The notes: generated by a model not told the origin, from the letters alone. A stretch of DNA of 64,000 bases from a virus (IMGVR_UViG_3300042569_003232:64001-128000), one strand, 5' to 3'. Shown: positions 15,588-23,333, numbered from the stretch's first letter. Program-made: numbers and translations.

Positions 15588-16148
15588 TTATCTTTGAATA
15601 TTTAATTTAATAAGACGTTTCTTTACTGATACATCACTACATCCTACTATAGTAGCTATTTTAGTTCTTGGCAACCTTTTTGTTACGAACAAATCATGCA
15701 AGTCATATTTTTCCCAATCAACTTTACAACGTTTTTTAGCGGCACAATTTTTGGAACACGTTATTTGATGACAACTCTTTTCTCCGTTACAAATAGGGCA
15801 ATTATCGGTCAATTCTTTTCTTTTATTTGATTTATAATCTGCATAATTTTCATTAAATCTTGGACAATCTTGTGTAATTTCTCGATTATTATTATGTACC
15901 TCTCTATGGCAATTGGCGCATAGTAGCACACATTTTCTCATTTCTATAATTATTTTCTCCCATGATACCGGATTTGCTCTAATTGCACCAAAAGAAAATT
16001 CTTTTTCTTTTGGATCAAGATGATGTAATTCTAATGCTTCTACACATTTATCATAACCACATGTTCCACATCTAGAATTAAATGCATCTACTATTCTTTG
16101 CTTTGTATTTCTTCTCCAATTTTTAACATGTTCTGAATTTTCGCTCAT
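15588..16148 (-). mobile_element. HNH homing endonuclease in tRNA cluster
   Basis: CGTCGY...LELHHLDP...CVLLCANCHRE, extra Zn finger and C-terminal HTH. Confidence 0.8.
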
Positions 16149-16201
16149 ACAAAGTTACTTACTCTGTATCGAACCTCCGTGTTAAACCTTAACACGAAAT
16201 T

Positions 16202-16277
16202 TGGCACATAGGGGTGGGATCGAACCAACCTTCACTTGTTTAACAGACAAGCCGCTCAGCCGTGTGCGTTCCTATGT
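16202..16277 (-). tRNA. trnN: tRNA-Asn(GTT)
   Basis: CTTGT-CTGTTAA-ACAAG, G73-CCA. Confidence 0.9.
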
Positions 16278-16288
16278 ATAAAAATTAT

Positions 16289-16356
16289 GTTATTAGACAG
16301 GATTTGAACCTGTATACTCTCCCAATGAGAGGAATTACCAATTATTCTACTAATAA
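16289..16356 (-). pseudogene. tRNA-like element with 5-nt anticodon loop, paralog of 15181-15261
   Basis: Identical D-arm TAGAATAATTGGTAATTC; CTCTC-ATTGG-GAGAG; no CCA. Confidence 0.6.
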
Positions 16357-16363
16357 ACTAAAA

Positions 16364-16438
16364 TGGTGCCTCCGATGGGATTCGAACCCATAGCCTTCAG
16401 ATTAAAAGTCTGTTATTCTACCGTTGAATTACAGAGGC
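16364..16438 (-). tRNA. trnK: tRNA-Lys(TTT)
   Basis: CAGA-CTTTTAA-TCTG, CCA. Confidence 0.9.
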
Positions 16439-16453
16439 ATATTTTTATTTAAA

Positions 16454-16529
16454 TGGCATCGCTAGGGGGAATCGAACCCCTCAACTCAAGATTGAAAGTC
16501 TTGCGTGATAACCGTTTCACTATAGCGAC
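16454..16529 (-). tRNA. trnE: tRNA-Glu(TTC)
   Basis: CAAGA-CTTTCAA-TCTTG, CCA. Confidence 0.9.
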
Positions 16530-16546
16530 CTGTCTTTTCTTCTTCT

Positions 16547-16574
16547 ACTTTACCACAAAGTTTTCTGTTGTCAA
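16547..16574 (-). promoter_or_regulatory. Sigma70-type promoter TTGACA-N16-TAAAGT
   Basis: Motif match upstream of tRNA-Glu. Confidence 0.7.
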
Positions 16575-16605
16575 CATGTTTTAGGAGTTTTCTACTTTTT
16601 TATAT

Positions 16606-16764
16606 TCAACGTTTATACCAACTTGAAAATATATCAGCTAAACAATCTCCTATTACATATAATATTATATATGTTAATATAACCCAAAACAATGTTGCTG
16701 CTCCTGCTCCAATCCAAAAATAACTATTAGATAAAAATTCAGGAATACTAAATGTCAATTTCAT
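16606..16764 (-). CDS. 52-aa membrane protein not in ORF track
   Basis: MKLTFSIPEFLSNSYFWIGAGAATLFWVILTYIILYVIGDCLADIFSSWYKR; start overlaps upstream stop. Confidence 0.6.
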   Translation of the reverse strand: MKLTFSIPEFLSNSYFWIGAGAATLFWVILTYIILYVIGDCLADIFSSWYKR

Positions 16765-18005
16765 TATACCAATCCTCCAGTTTTTTGTGACAAATCAAAG
16801 TTATTTTCAATAAACGTCTTTACTTCTTCTGCAATACCGGGATCACTACTGTTAAACACTACATTTGGACCATGATTATCCAGAAATACTGCTTTTAGCC
16901 TACCAAAAGATTTCAATCCATTTGAAGTATTTTTCCCACATTCGTGACTTCCACATTCATATTCTTTTTGAGAAATTGTGGGAACAAGTGAGTTTTCTTT
17001 TTTTGGACAATGAAAATGAACAATACTGTCAAAATCCGGATGATCAGAAAATACAATTCTTTGACTTTGTCCACCCACGCTTGGTTTACTGCCATATGCA
17101 ATTACTCTATCAGGACCGTCAGTTTCAACTAGAACTAATCCAACATTTTTAATATCTCCCAAATCAGTTTTACGACGAGAAGACAAAAATTTAGTTTCGC
17201 TTAGTTTTACTGCAAAATGTCCTGCGGTTACTCCTCGGAATTTTTTATATGCTCCTTTTTCCACACAATAATTTACAACTTCTCGCAATGATTCTGGAAC
17301 CAGAGGTGAACTCCATTCACAAGGATTTCCTGCAACAACCGTTGATCTTGTAAAAGTTAATGTACTTCTTAGTAGTGCAATTTTTACCAATTCTTCCAAA
17401 ACTTCTTTTCGATTATTAGTAACACAATAACGTGCTTCTTCTGGAACAATAATCATGTTTCGGCGATGCAATGTATCATTTGCCAGTACAAGATTAGCAC
17501 TTGCTTTTTTAAGCAAATTCAATCCGGCCAAATATTGTTCATCTTCTGTTGCTCCACAAGTTGTCTTGAATGCAACAAGAGTAATATCTTTTCGAGTTTT
17601 TCTAAAAAGATCAACTACTTTTTCCGTATTAGGAATTAGTTTTGCATTATATTCTTTTTTAGAATCCAATCTTCCGCTATATTTTGGATTAGTTTCTTTA
17701 TCCAAATTATCTGCATCTACAATCATTTCAAAATCGCAAACTGCTGGACTCCAAAAAACAATTTTTGTAGAAATGTCATTTACAATGTTTTCAGCAAGTT
17801 TAGCCAAATCTTTTGGACTTTGCAAATTATGATTTCCTCCTGCCATTGCAGTTAAAACCAATTCTGCATCCATTTCTGGTGCATGTTCTTGAACAAGACT
17901 CATTAGTGTTCGGGCAGTTGAGCCAAATGCAGGAGCATTCAAACCCAAATGGCAACTACTATGTGCTACTGTTCCGCCTCCAACAACATAAATTTTCTTT
18001 TTCAT
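16764..18005 (-). CDS. CoaB/Dfp-C-like domain fused to class II aldolase/adducin-like domain
   Basis: GGGT, AVCDF, LVAFK, NLVLAND (CoaB-like); GHFA, HFHC (aldolase-like). Confidence 0.65.
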   Translation of the reverse strand: MKKKIYVVGGGTVAHSSCHLGLNAPAFGSTARTLMSLVQEHAPEMDAELVLTAMAGGNHNLQSPKDLAKLAENIVNDISTKIVFWSPAVCDFEMIVDADNLDKETNPKYSGRLDSKKEYNAKLIPNTEKVVDLFRKTRKDITLVAFKTTCGATEDEQYLAGLNLLKKASANLVLANDTLHRRNMIIVPEEARYCVTNNRKEVLEELVKIALLRSTLTFTRSTVVAGNPCEWSSPLVPESLREVVNYCVEKGAYKKFRGVTAGHFAVKLSETKFLSSRRKTDLGDIKNVGLVLVETDGPDRVIAYGSKPSVGGQSQRIVFSDHPDFDSIVHFHCPKKENSLVPTISQKEYECGSHECGKNTSNGLKSFGRLKAVFLDNHGPNVVFNSSDPGIAEEVKTFIENNFDLSQKTGGLV

Positions 18006-18038
18006 AATTATTATTTTTGGTTATCCTTTATAGGTTTT

Positions 18039-18395
18039 TCACTCTACACTTGTATCCGAGTTTGTCAATTCATTTTCGAGATTTCTGTACTTTGTGAATG
18101 CCTGTATAATAGATATTGCTATTTCATCTTTGATTTTATCATTAGATGATAAATCATCGAAATCAATTATACTGGAATGATATGGTGCATGAGTTTTAGC
18201 CCATTCAACCCAATAATCATGAATTTCTTTTGCTGATACATCTTTGTCTTCTGTTATCTTTTTTGCAACTCCAATACAAAGATTTTTATGATTTTCCGTT
18301 GCTTCTTCCCAACTTGAATATGGTTCCTCCCCTATACTAACCTTAAATGCCGAAATAGAATAATGTATCAATTTTCCTAAAAGTTCTAATTTCAT
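18039..18395 (-). CDS. RyR-domain-like phage protein
   Basis: IHDYW...H..IIDFDDLS..DKIKD pattern. Confidence 0.5.
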   Translation of the reverse strand: MKLELLGKLIHYSISAFKVSIGEEPYSSWEEATENHKNLCIGVAKKITEDKDVSAKEIHDYWVEWAKTHAPYHSSIIDFDDLSSNDKIKDEIAISIIQAFTKYRNLENELTNSDTSVE

Positions 18396-18703
18396 ATCTT
18401 TTGTTCGTTCTTTAATTTATCTTTCCATGAAATATTTTCGATTTTTCTTTTTTCTGCCACATATTCAAGTATCCCATTATATTGTTTTTCTTTATAAAGT
18501 TCATATATTTTTGGAATATCATCCATTGGAAATTTTTCATCGTCTGCTGCTGGATGAAAATAATCACTTACGTTAATGGTTAAACTAATTGAATCATTTT
18601 CATCTGTTATCATTAGCACACATTCATCCAAAAGATATGCTATCATGTCTTCTTCGCGGGGAACATTTTCTCCTCCGTTCATTTCAATATAATATCTTCG
18701 CAT
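18392..18703 (-). CDS. Hypothetical protein
   Basis: 103-aa ORF. Confidence 0.65.
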   Translation of the reverse strand: MRRYYIEMNGGENVPREEDMIAYLLDECVLMITDENDSISLTINVSDYFHPAADDEKFPMDDIPKIYELYKEKQYNGILEYVAEKRKIENISWKDKLKNEQKI

Positions 18704-18706
18704 AAC

Positions 18707-19492
18707 TTATAAAACTACCTTTTTGAAATCGTTGTTTTTTACCAAATCATATACTCCCCAACGATCAAGAATCAAGCGTTCCAAAATTTCAATATGATAT
18801 GCATCTTCAAAATTCCAAAGCATTTTAGAAACTATTGGACATTCTTGGATAAGAATATCCCGGATAACTTCTGCCACTTCCCGGCATTCTTTTTGCGCTG
18901 TTTTATACAACCTTTTATTCAGTGTGGTAATCCAATCACGAAGTTTACCATTAAAAATAATTTTTGTAGTTGTTGCTTCTGGCAAGACGAATCTTGCTGT
19001 TTCTCGGGCAACGTTATTGTTTATTAGTTCCTGATATAGTTCAAAACTATTTTTCATATGTTCCTTGACTTTTTCACTTGCCTTTCCGGTTTTATCGGTG
19101 AAAAAGTCATTATCAGAAACAAACAAAATTGGATCTACTAAATTTGTTGAACTTTGACGATTATTAGAACATTGCTCTCTCAGTTCAATTTCTTCATATT
19201 CATTAACAATTTTATATCGTTGACTCAATTCTTGAGGTTGCAAGCTCCAATGCCTCAACAGTTCTCGTCCAATGGCACGGGACGTTTCAATCTCAATTCC
19301 AAGATTAACCATTGCAAAAACACTCCAATGTCCTTCTCTTAGACAATGCCGAAGAAGTTTATGAGGTTCATTAAACAATTCATTTACATCTCTGGAACTG
19401 CTGAGTCTTGCAATTCCTACGGTAATTTCATCAATACTTTTGTCTGTATATTCTGCAACTCCTGCGGTTTTGGTGATTAAACGTGCTTTCAT
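18707..19492 (-). CDS. thyX: FAD-dependent thymidylate synthase
   Basis: GHWSVF, SRAIGRELLRH, QELSQRY, RETARFVLP, TAQKECR. Confidence 0.92.
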   Translation of the reverse strand: MKARLITKTAGVAEYTDKSIDEITVGIARLSSSRDVNELFNEPHKLLRHCLREGHWSVFAMVNLGIEIETSRAIGRELLRHWSLQPQELSQRYKIVNEYEEIELREQCSNNRQSSTNLVDPILFVSDNDFFTDKTGKASEKVKEHMKNSFELYQELINNNVARETARFVLPEATTTKIIFNGKLRDWITTLNKRLYKTAQKECREVAEVIRDILIQECPIVSKMLWNFEDAYHIEILERLILDRWGVYDLVKNNDFKKVVL

Positions 19493-19494
19493 TT

Positions 19495-19692
19495 TTAATT
19501 TGTTAAAATATATTCAATTTTTCCTTTGATAAAGTGGGGAGGATTTTTACCAAGATGTTCAAGACAGTCACAAGAAGAAACTGGTTCATCTGCATACACT
19601 CCTTCACAATACTTGCAAATGTATGCATCTCGCTGCACAAAACACTTAGAAGGTTTTTCTTTATTTTCAGGCATTGTTGATTCATCCGCCAT
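19495..19692 (-). CDS. Small Cys-rich protein
   Basis: CKYCEGVYADEPVSSCDC. Confidence 0.6.
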   Translation of the reverse strand: MADESTMPENKEKPSKCFVQRDAYICKYCEGVYADEPVSSCDCLEHLGKNPPHFIKGKIEYILTN

Positions 19693-19709
19693 AGGCTATT
19701 ATAAGTTTT

Positions 19710-19913
19710 TTAAAGGAGACATCCAGTTCCTTCTGTCATACTCCATCCGCAAACAGTGCAATCTGCACCTGTTACCAACCAGAGATCCCACGGTTCCATT
19801 TTTCCATTACAAGAAGGACATGGTGGACAAACATCTTCCGGCTTTAAATTTTTAAAACCGTCTTGATATTTCTGGTCTAAAAATCTCGCATGTTCATCTT
19901 TATTAATTAACAT
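19710..19913 (-). CDS. Small zinc-ribbon protein (start corrected to 19913)
   Basis: CPSC...CTVC. Confidence 0.6.
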   Translation of the reverse strand: MLINKDEHARFLDQKYQDGFKNLKPEDVCPPCPSCNGKMEPWDLWLVTGADCTVCGWSMTEGTGCLL

Positions 19914-19916
19914 AAA

Positions 19917-19993
19917 TGGTCTAGACGGCGGGATTCGAACCCGCAACCACATGATCCCAAATCATGTACTCTACCAAGTTGAGCTACGTCTAG
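19917..19993 (-). tRNA. trnP: tRNA-Pro(TGG)
   Basis: CATGA-TTTGGGA-TCATG, CCA. Confidence 0.9.
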
Positions 19994-20005
19994 TAGTATC
20001 TTTTT

Positions 20006-20033
20006 ACTATACACTGTAAAGTTCTTTTGTCAA
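20006..20033 (-). promoter_or_regulatory. Sigma70-type promoter TTGACA-N16-TATAGT
   Basis: Motif match. Confidence 0.7.
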
Positions 20034-20049
20034 AAGGAAAATGTGTATT

Positions 20050-20123
20050 TGGTGCTTCTAAAAGGAATCGAACCTTTTCATGTTGCTTATGAAACAACTG
20101 TTCTACCACTGAACTATAGAAGC
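20050..20123 (-). tRNA. tRNA(CAT): Met or lysidine-dependent Ile2
   Basis: GTTGT-TTCATAA-GCAAC, A73-CCA. Confidence 0.85.
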
Positions 20124-20126
20124 AAA

Positions 20127-20197
20127 TGGTCTAGACGATGGGAATTAACCCCACAACCTGTATTCAAACTACCGCTCTCCCATTAAGCTACGCCTAG
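20127..20197 (-). pseudogene. Degenerate paralog of tRNA-Pro
   Basis: Same acceptor 3' strand CGTCTAG-ACCA; 3-bp anticodon stem; T-loop GTTAATT. Confidence 0.6.
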
Positions 20198-20205
20198 ATA
20201 TACTT

Positions 20206-20651
20206 TCATCTTATCATATACCACTCAAAAGGTCCATTTCTAAACGTCGTAACATCAAATTTCGCAAATTTCAATATTTTATAATAACTTTTTAACTTTT
20301 TAACATCAAAAGAACCTACTAAAATATATCCGTATTTTTTCGTCCACGTTTTTAACACAACTAGAAGTTGTTTTGCTACACCTATTTTAATATGGTCTGC
20401 TAAACATGGATATTTCCTATTTTGCTGTTCCGGATTAAAACAAAGACGTTCACCAGAGGTTAACCCCAGCCAATAATTATTACCCTCATCCTTGGCTAAA
20501 ATAGAGTATATTCATCTAATTTAATTTCTTCTACCAGTTCCATATCAAATTCATCCGTATTTTGGATATAGTCTCCTATAAAAGATTCATTTATTAAATT
20601 TCCAGAACAATATTCTATTAGCATGTTTTCATATATCTGAGGTAATTCCAT
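20206..20651 (-). pseudogene. Probable single gene split by a frameshift near 20496-20511
   Basis: MELPQ...DEYTLF* overlaps a start-less ~101-codon frame IYSILAKDEGNNYWLG...WYMIR*. Confidence 0.45.
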
Positions 20652-20656
20652 GCTAT

Positions 20657-20664
20657 TATTTATA
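20657..20664 (-). promoter_or_regulatory. T4-type late promoter TATAAATA
   Basis: Exact match 5 nt from ATG 20651. Confidence 0.6.
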
Positions 20665-20670
20665 TAATAA

Positions 20671-20721
20671 TGGTGGAGGTTGTGGGTTACGATCCCACCT
20701 ATTCTGTGCCCCCCCCCCTCC
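20671..20721 (-). repeat. Duplicated 3' half of tRNA-Ala (minihelix-like, ends ACCA)
   Basis: AGGTGGGATCGTAACCCACAACCTCC shared with tRNA-Ala. Confidence 0.65.
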
Positions 20722-20750
20722 AAACACAACGCATTGTTTTTCTCAAAATT

Positions 20751-20829
20751 TGGGGAGGTTGTGGGTTACGATCCCACCTGAATATCCTGTTTGCAAAACA
20801 GGCGACCACTCCAAGCAGTCCCAACCCCC
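20751..20829 (-). tRNA. trnA: tRNA-Ala(TGC), abnormal 3' end
   Basis: CCTGT-TTTGCAA-ACAGG; G3.U70; ends AACCTCC-CCA (no A73). Confidence 0.8.
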
Positions 20830-20833
20830 ATGT

Positions 20834-21064
20834 TTATTCTAAAAATATTTTATCTCCGCATCTAATCACCTTCATCGCTAATTTTTTGAATATATACTCT
20901 ATATTTTCGCCAATTCCTTCTATTACACTTCCTGCCCGTGCAATTAGTTTACCAATGTTGACTATTAACACTAGTAACAATAATGTTGGTACAAAGATCA
21001 CTAGGTTTAGGAGCAAATAAGAAATCGCTACTAATCCATCTTTAATTATTTTTAATATTTTCAT
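20834..21064 (-). CDS. Small membrane protein (start corrected to 21064)
   Basis: Long hydrophobic segment; upstream part of track ORF is tRNA-Gly. Confidence 0.6.
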   Translation of the reverse strand: MKILKIIKDGLVAISYLLLNLVIFVPTLLLLVLIVNIGKLIARAGSVIEGIGENIEYIFKKLAMKVIRCGDKIFLE

Positions 21065-21083
21065 GTTTCTGTTAATTATTATA

Positions 21084-21157
21084 TGGTGCGTGATGAGAGA
21101 ATCGAACTCTCGTTCTAACATTGGCAATGTTATGTTCTACCACTAAACTAATCACAC
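21084..21157 (-). tRNA. trnG: tRNA-Gly(GCC)
   Basis: TAACA-TTGCCAA-TGTTA; A73-CCA. Confidence 0.8.
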
Positions 21158-21161
21158 AAAT

Positions 21162-21243
21162 TGGCACGTCAGAAGAGAATCGAACTCTTAAAGGTAATCA
21201 GTCGTTTTGGAGGCGACCCGCAACCACCACTTGCTGCTGACGT
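21162..21243 (-). tRNA. trnW: tRNA-Trp(CCA) with 11-nt variable loop
   Basis: GTCG(C)-CTCCAAA-(A)CGAC; G73-CCA. Confidence 0.8.
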
Positions 21244-21254
21244 ATATAAAAACG

Positions 21255-21326
21255 AGGCCCATTACAGAATCGAACTGTAATTCGCTCTTTACAAGAGAGC
21301 TGTTTTAGCCATTAAACTAATAGGCC
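21255..21326 (-). tRNA. trnT: tRNA-Thr(TGT), CCA not encoded
   Basis: GCTCT-CTTGTAA-AGAGC. Confidence 0.9.
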
Positions 21327-21341
21327 GATAATTATTTTCTA

Positions 21342-21417
21342 TGGCAGAACCAACGGAATTCGAATCCGCATCTTCAACCGTGACAGGGTTGCGTCTTGCC
21401 AGTTAGACTATGGTTCT
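21342..21417 (-). tRNA. trnD: tRNA-Asp(GTC)
   Basis: CAACC-CTGTCAC-GGTTG, G73-CCA. Confidence 0.9.
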
Positions 21418-21906
21418 ATATTGAAATGTGGTTAGCATCTTTTTTATTTTTTGAATTTCTTTTTCATTGAATTTCATTTTATACAAATCTTTTCTTTGAA
21501 AATCTTTTTTCAAAGCACTTGAAAGTTTTCTTTTTCTTGCTTTTGTTAACCCTTCTATACACCCTAATTCTTCTTCTGTCAAACTTCTTTTTTCCAAAAA
21601 CTTGATTTTCCAAAACTGATAAGAATCATTTCTAAGACTCAATGTTTTTTCTTTTATTTCTTCTAATTCGGAAACTTTTTGGGAAATGTATTGGTTTTCT
21701 ATCGCAAAATCTATTTCTTCTTTACAAGATTTACAAACAATTGTGCAATCACTTATTTTCTCAATTTTTCGGTTGAGAATAAACGAATGAACGATTCTAG
21801 CGGTTCTGTTTTTACAAACAGTGCATTTCCAATCAGTTGATTGTTCTAATAGCTTTTCTATTTCTTTTTTATAATTTTTCATACGATTGTTACGGTTATT
21901 ATTCAT
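21403..21906 (-). CDS. Hypothetical protein with HNH-like Cys pairs
   Basis: CTVC...H...VCKSC. Confidence 0.6.
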   Translation of the reverse strand: MNNNRNNRMKNYKKEIEKLLEQSTDWKCTVCKNRTARIVHSFILNRKIEKISDCTIVCKSCKEEIDFAIENQYISQKVSELEEIKEKTLSLRNDSYQFWKIKFLEKRSLTEEELGCIEGLTKARKRKLSSALKKDFQRKDLYKMKFNEKEIQKIKKMLTTFQYRTIV

Positions 21907-21991
21907 AACCCTGTTTCACAGATTAAATGATTATAGCTCATTTTTGGCCTTTTAAGTTGATTCTCGGTTTTGATCAACGACTATTTCTGAT

Positions 21992-22022
21992 AAAATTAAA
22001 GCCTCGCTTTTTGGGCGAGGCT
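21992..22022 (-). terminator. Probable intrinsic terminator
   Basis: AGCCTCGC-CCAAAAA-GCGAGGCT-TTAATTTT. Confidence 0.6.
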
Positions 22023-22048
22023 CTGAAACTACAAATTATTACAGTTCT

Positions 22049-22276
22049 TTACCTACGCATTTTTACGGTTGTATCAAAATTTTTATTTTTTCCAGTTGTA
22101 TTTTCTGTTTGAATAAAACTCTGACTTTTGCGCCAACCACTTGCCTCTGCTCCTGCAAAACTAGGTCGAGCTTCCGCCATAAAAGCACTACGGAAATGAG
22201 TTGGCATTTCTTTTGTCGAAAACTTGTATGTTGGAAGATTTTCCATGTTGTTATTTCTACTTATTCTTTTTTGCAA
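22049..22276 (-). CDS. Small hypothetical protein (start may be MENLP)
   Basis: ORF between upstream gene and terminator. Confidence 0.45.
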   Translation of the reverse strand: MQKRISRNNNMENLPTYKFSTKEMPTHFRSAFMAEARPSFAGAEASGWRKSQSFIQTENTTGKNKNFDTTVKMRR

Positions 22277-22754
22277 TTTTTTCTACAAGAAATTCTAAAT
22301 GTTTTTCTAAACGTGCGATATTTCCTCCGATTTCTGTTTTCTTTTCGTTTATTGCCAGTTTAACTGTTTCATTCATTAATTTAAATCCATCAGATTCTAT
22401 AAAGTTCACTATATTTTCCCAATCAGATAGTTCTCGGGAAAGCAATACTTCTGTAGAATTTATACAAATATGTAAATCAGATAACATTGATAATATCTCC
22501 GTTACGGTATCTGTATCGAAGATTATTGGTTGATTACGTCCTCTTAATGCGGTACTAACTTCATGTAATGATATTACATCTACATTCCGATGTGTCTCCC
22601 TATATGCTATTTTATGCAATTCTGTTGGAACTATAATTATAGGTTTTTTATCACTAAATGCAGCAATACTTTGCCTGAGTCCCAAACCTGTATGTCTGGT
22701 AGTACAAATATAGTGGTAAATATTTTTTAAATTTTCTATGATTGATTCGTTCAT
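22257..22754 (-). CDS. Hypothetical protein, possible degenerate P-loop fold
   Basis: RHTG, IIIVPT, PIIFDTD. Confidence 0.6.
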   Translation of the reverse strand: MNESIIENLKNIYHYICTTRHTGLGLRQSIAAFSDKKPIIIVPTELHKIAYRETHRNVDVISLHEVSTALRGRNQPIIFDTDTVTEILSMLSDLHICINSTEVLLSRELSDWENIVNFIESDGFKLMNETVKLAINEKKTEIGGNIARLEKHLEFLVEKIAKKNK

Positions 22755-23038
22755 ACTTTTATTGTTATCATGTGATCGTCTTTCTCTTCAAACATAACAT
22801 CAAAATTATGTTTTACTTGTTGCTCAAATTCAACCTGAATATTTTCTGGAACATGTGCGAGAAATGCTTCATAAAGTGCAATCATTGCGGATGCTACATA
22901 CCGTGGATAGAATCCCACATTCTGATTTTTATTCAAAATTATCGCCGCAGGACTACCCAAATCATCCGTGTGATTCTCTTCTAAAACTTTAGTAATTAAT
23001 GCAATTGGTATAATATTTTGAGGATTTTCTTCGGACAT
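22751..23038 (-). CDS. Hypothetical protein
   Basis: 95-aa ORF, ATGA coupling. Confidence 0.65.
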   Translation of the reverse strand: MSEENPQNIIPIALITKVLEENHTDDLGSPAAIILNKNQNVGFYPRYVASAMIALYEAFLAHVPENIQVEFEQQVKHNFDVMFEEKDDHMITIKV

Positions 23039-23042
23039 ATTT

Positions 23043-23243
23043 TTAATTTTTCGGAAAATATCTAAGACAATGTTTGCATGTTACATGCTTCCAATTTCTT
23101 ACCATCAGACCGCGAGGTGGGCGCTGGGAATAATACCCTTTGCCTCCCCGACAAACAGTGGTCGGAGTCAATTCGTAGCGCCCAAATCCAACATAAACAT
23201 TAACCTTAGATTTATAGTTAGCTTTATGGATTGTGATACTCAT
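23043..23243 (-). CDS. Small hypothetical protein
   Basis: VC...WKHVTCKHC. Confidence 0.55.
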   Translation of the reverse strand: MSITIHKANYKSKVNVYVGFGRYELTPTTVCRGGKGYYSQRPPRGLMVRNWKHVTCKHCLRYFPKN

Positions 23244-23251
23244 AAATTATG

Positions 23252-23333
23252 TTGCTGGGGGAGGATTCGAACCTCCGAGGCTTGCGCAGAAGGTTATGAG
23301 CCTTCCCTGATGACCAACTTCAGACACCCTGCA
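23252..23333 (-). tRNA. tRNA(CAT) with long variable arm
   Basis: GAAGG-CTCATAA-CCTTC; variable TGCGCAAGCCTC; CCA not encoded. Confidence 0.75.

Noticed and set aside
16364-16438. Ochre suppressor (TTA) reading of tRNA-Lys
   Set aside because: The CAGA/TCTG stem centres the loop on TTT.
20709-20718. G-quadruplex or phase-variable G tract
   Set aside because: A single 10-nt run in a tRNA remnant, not in a gene or promoter; could be a sequencing artefact.
21907-22250. RNase P, SRP or 6S RNA in this relatively GC-rich stretch
   Set aside because: No diagnostic motifs found; a small ORF plus terminator explains it.
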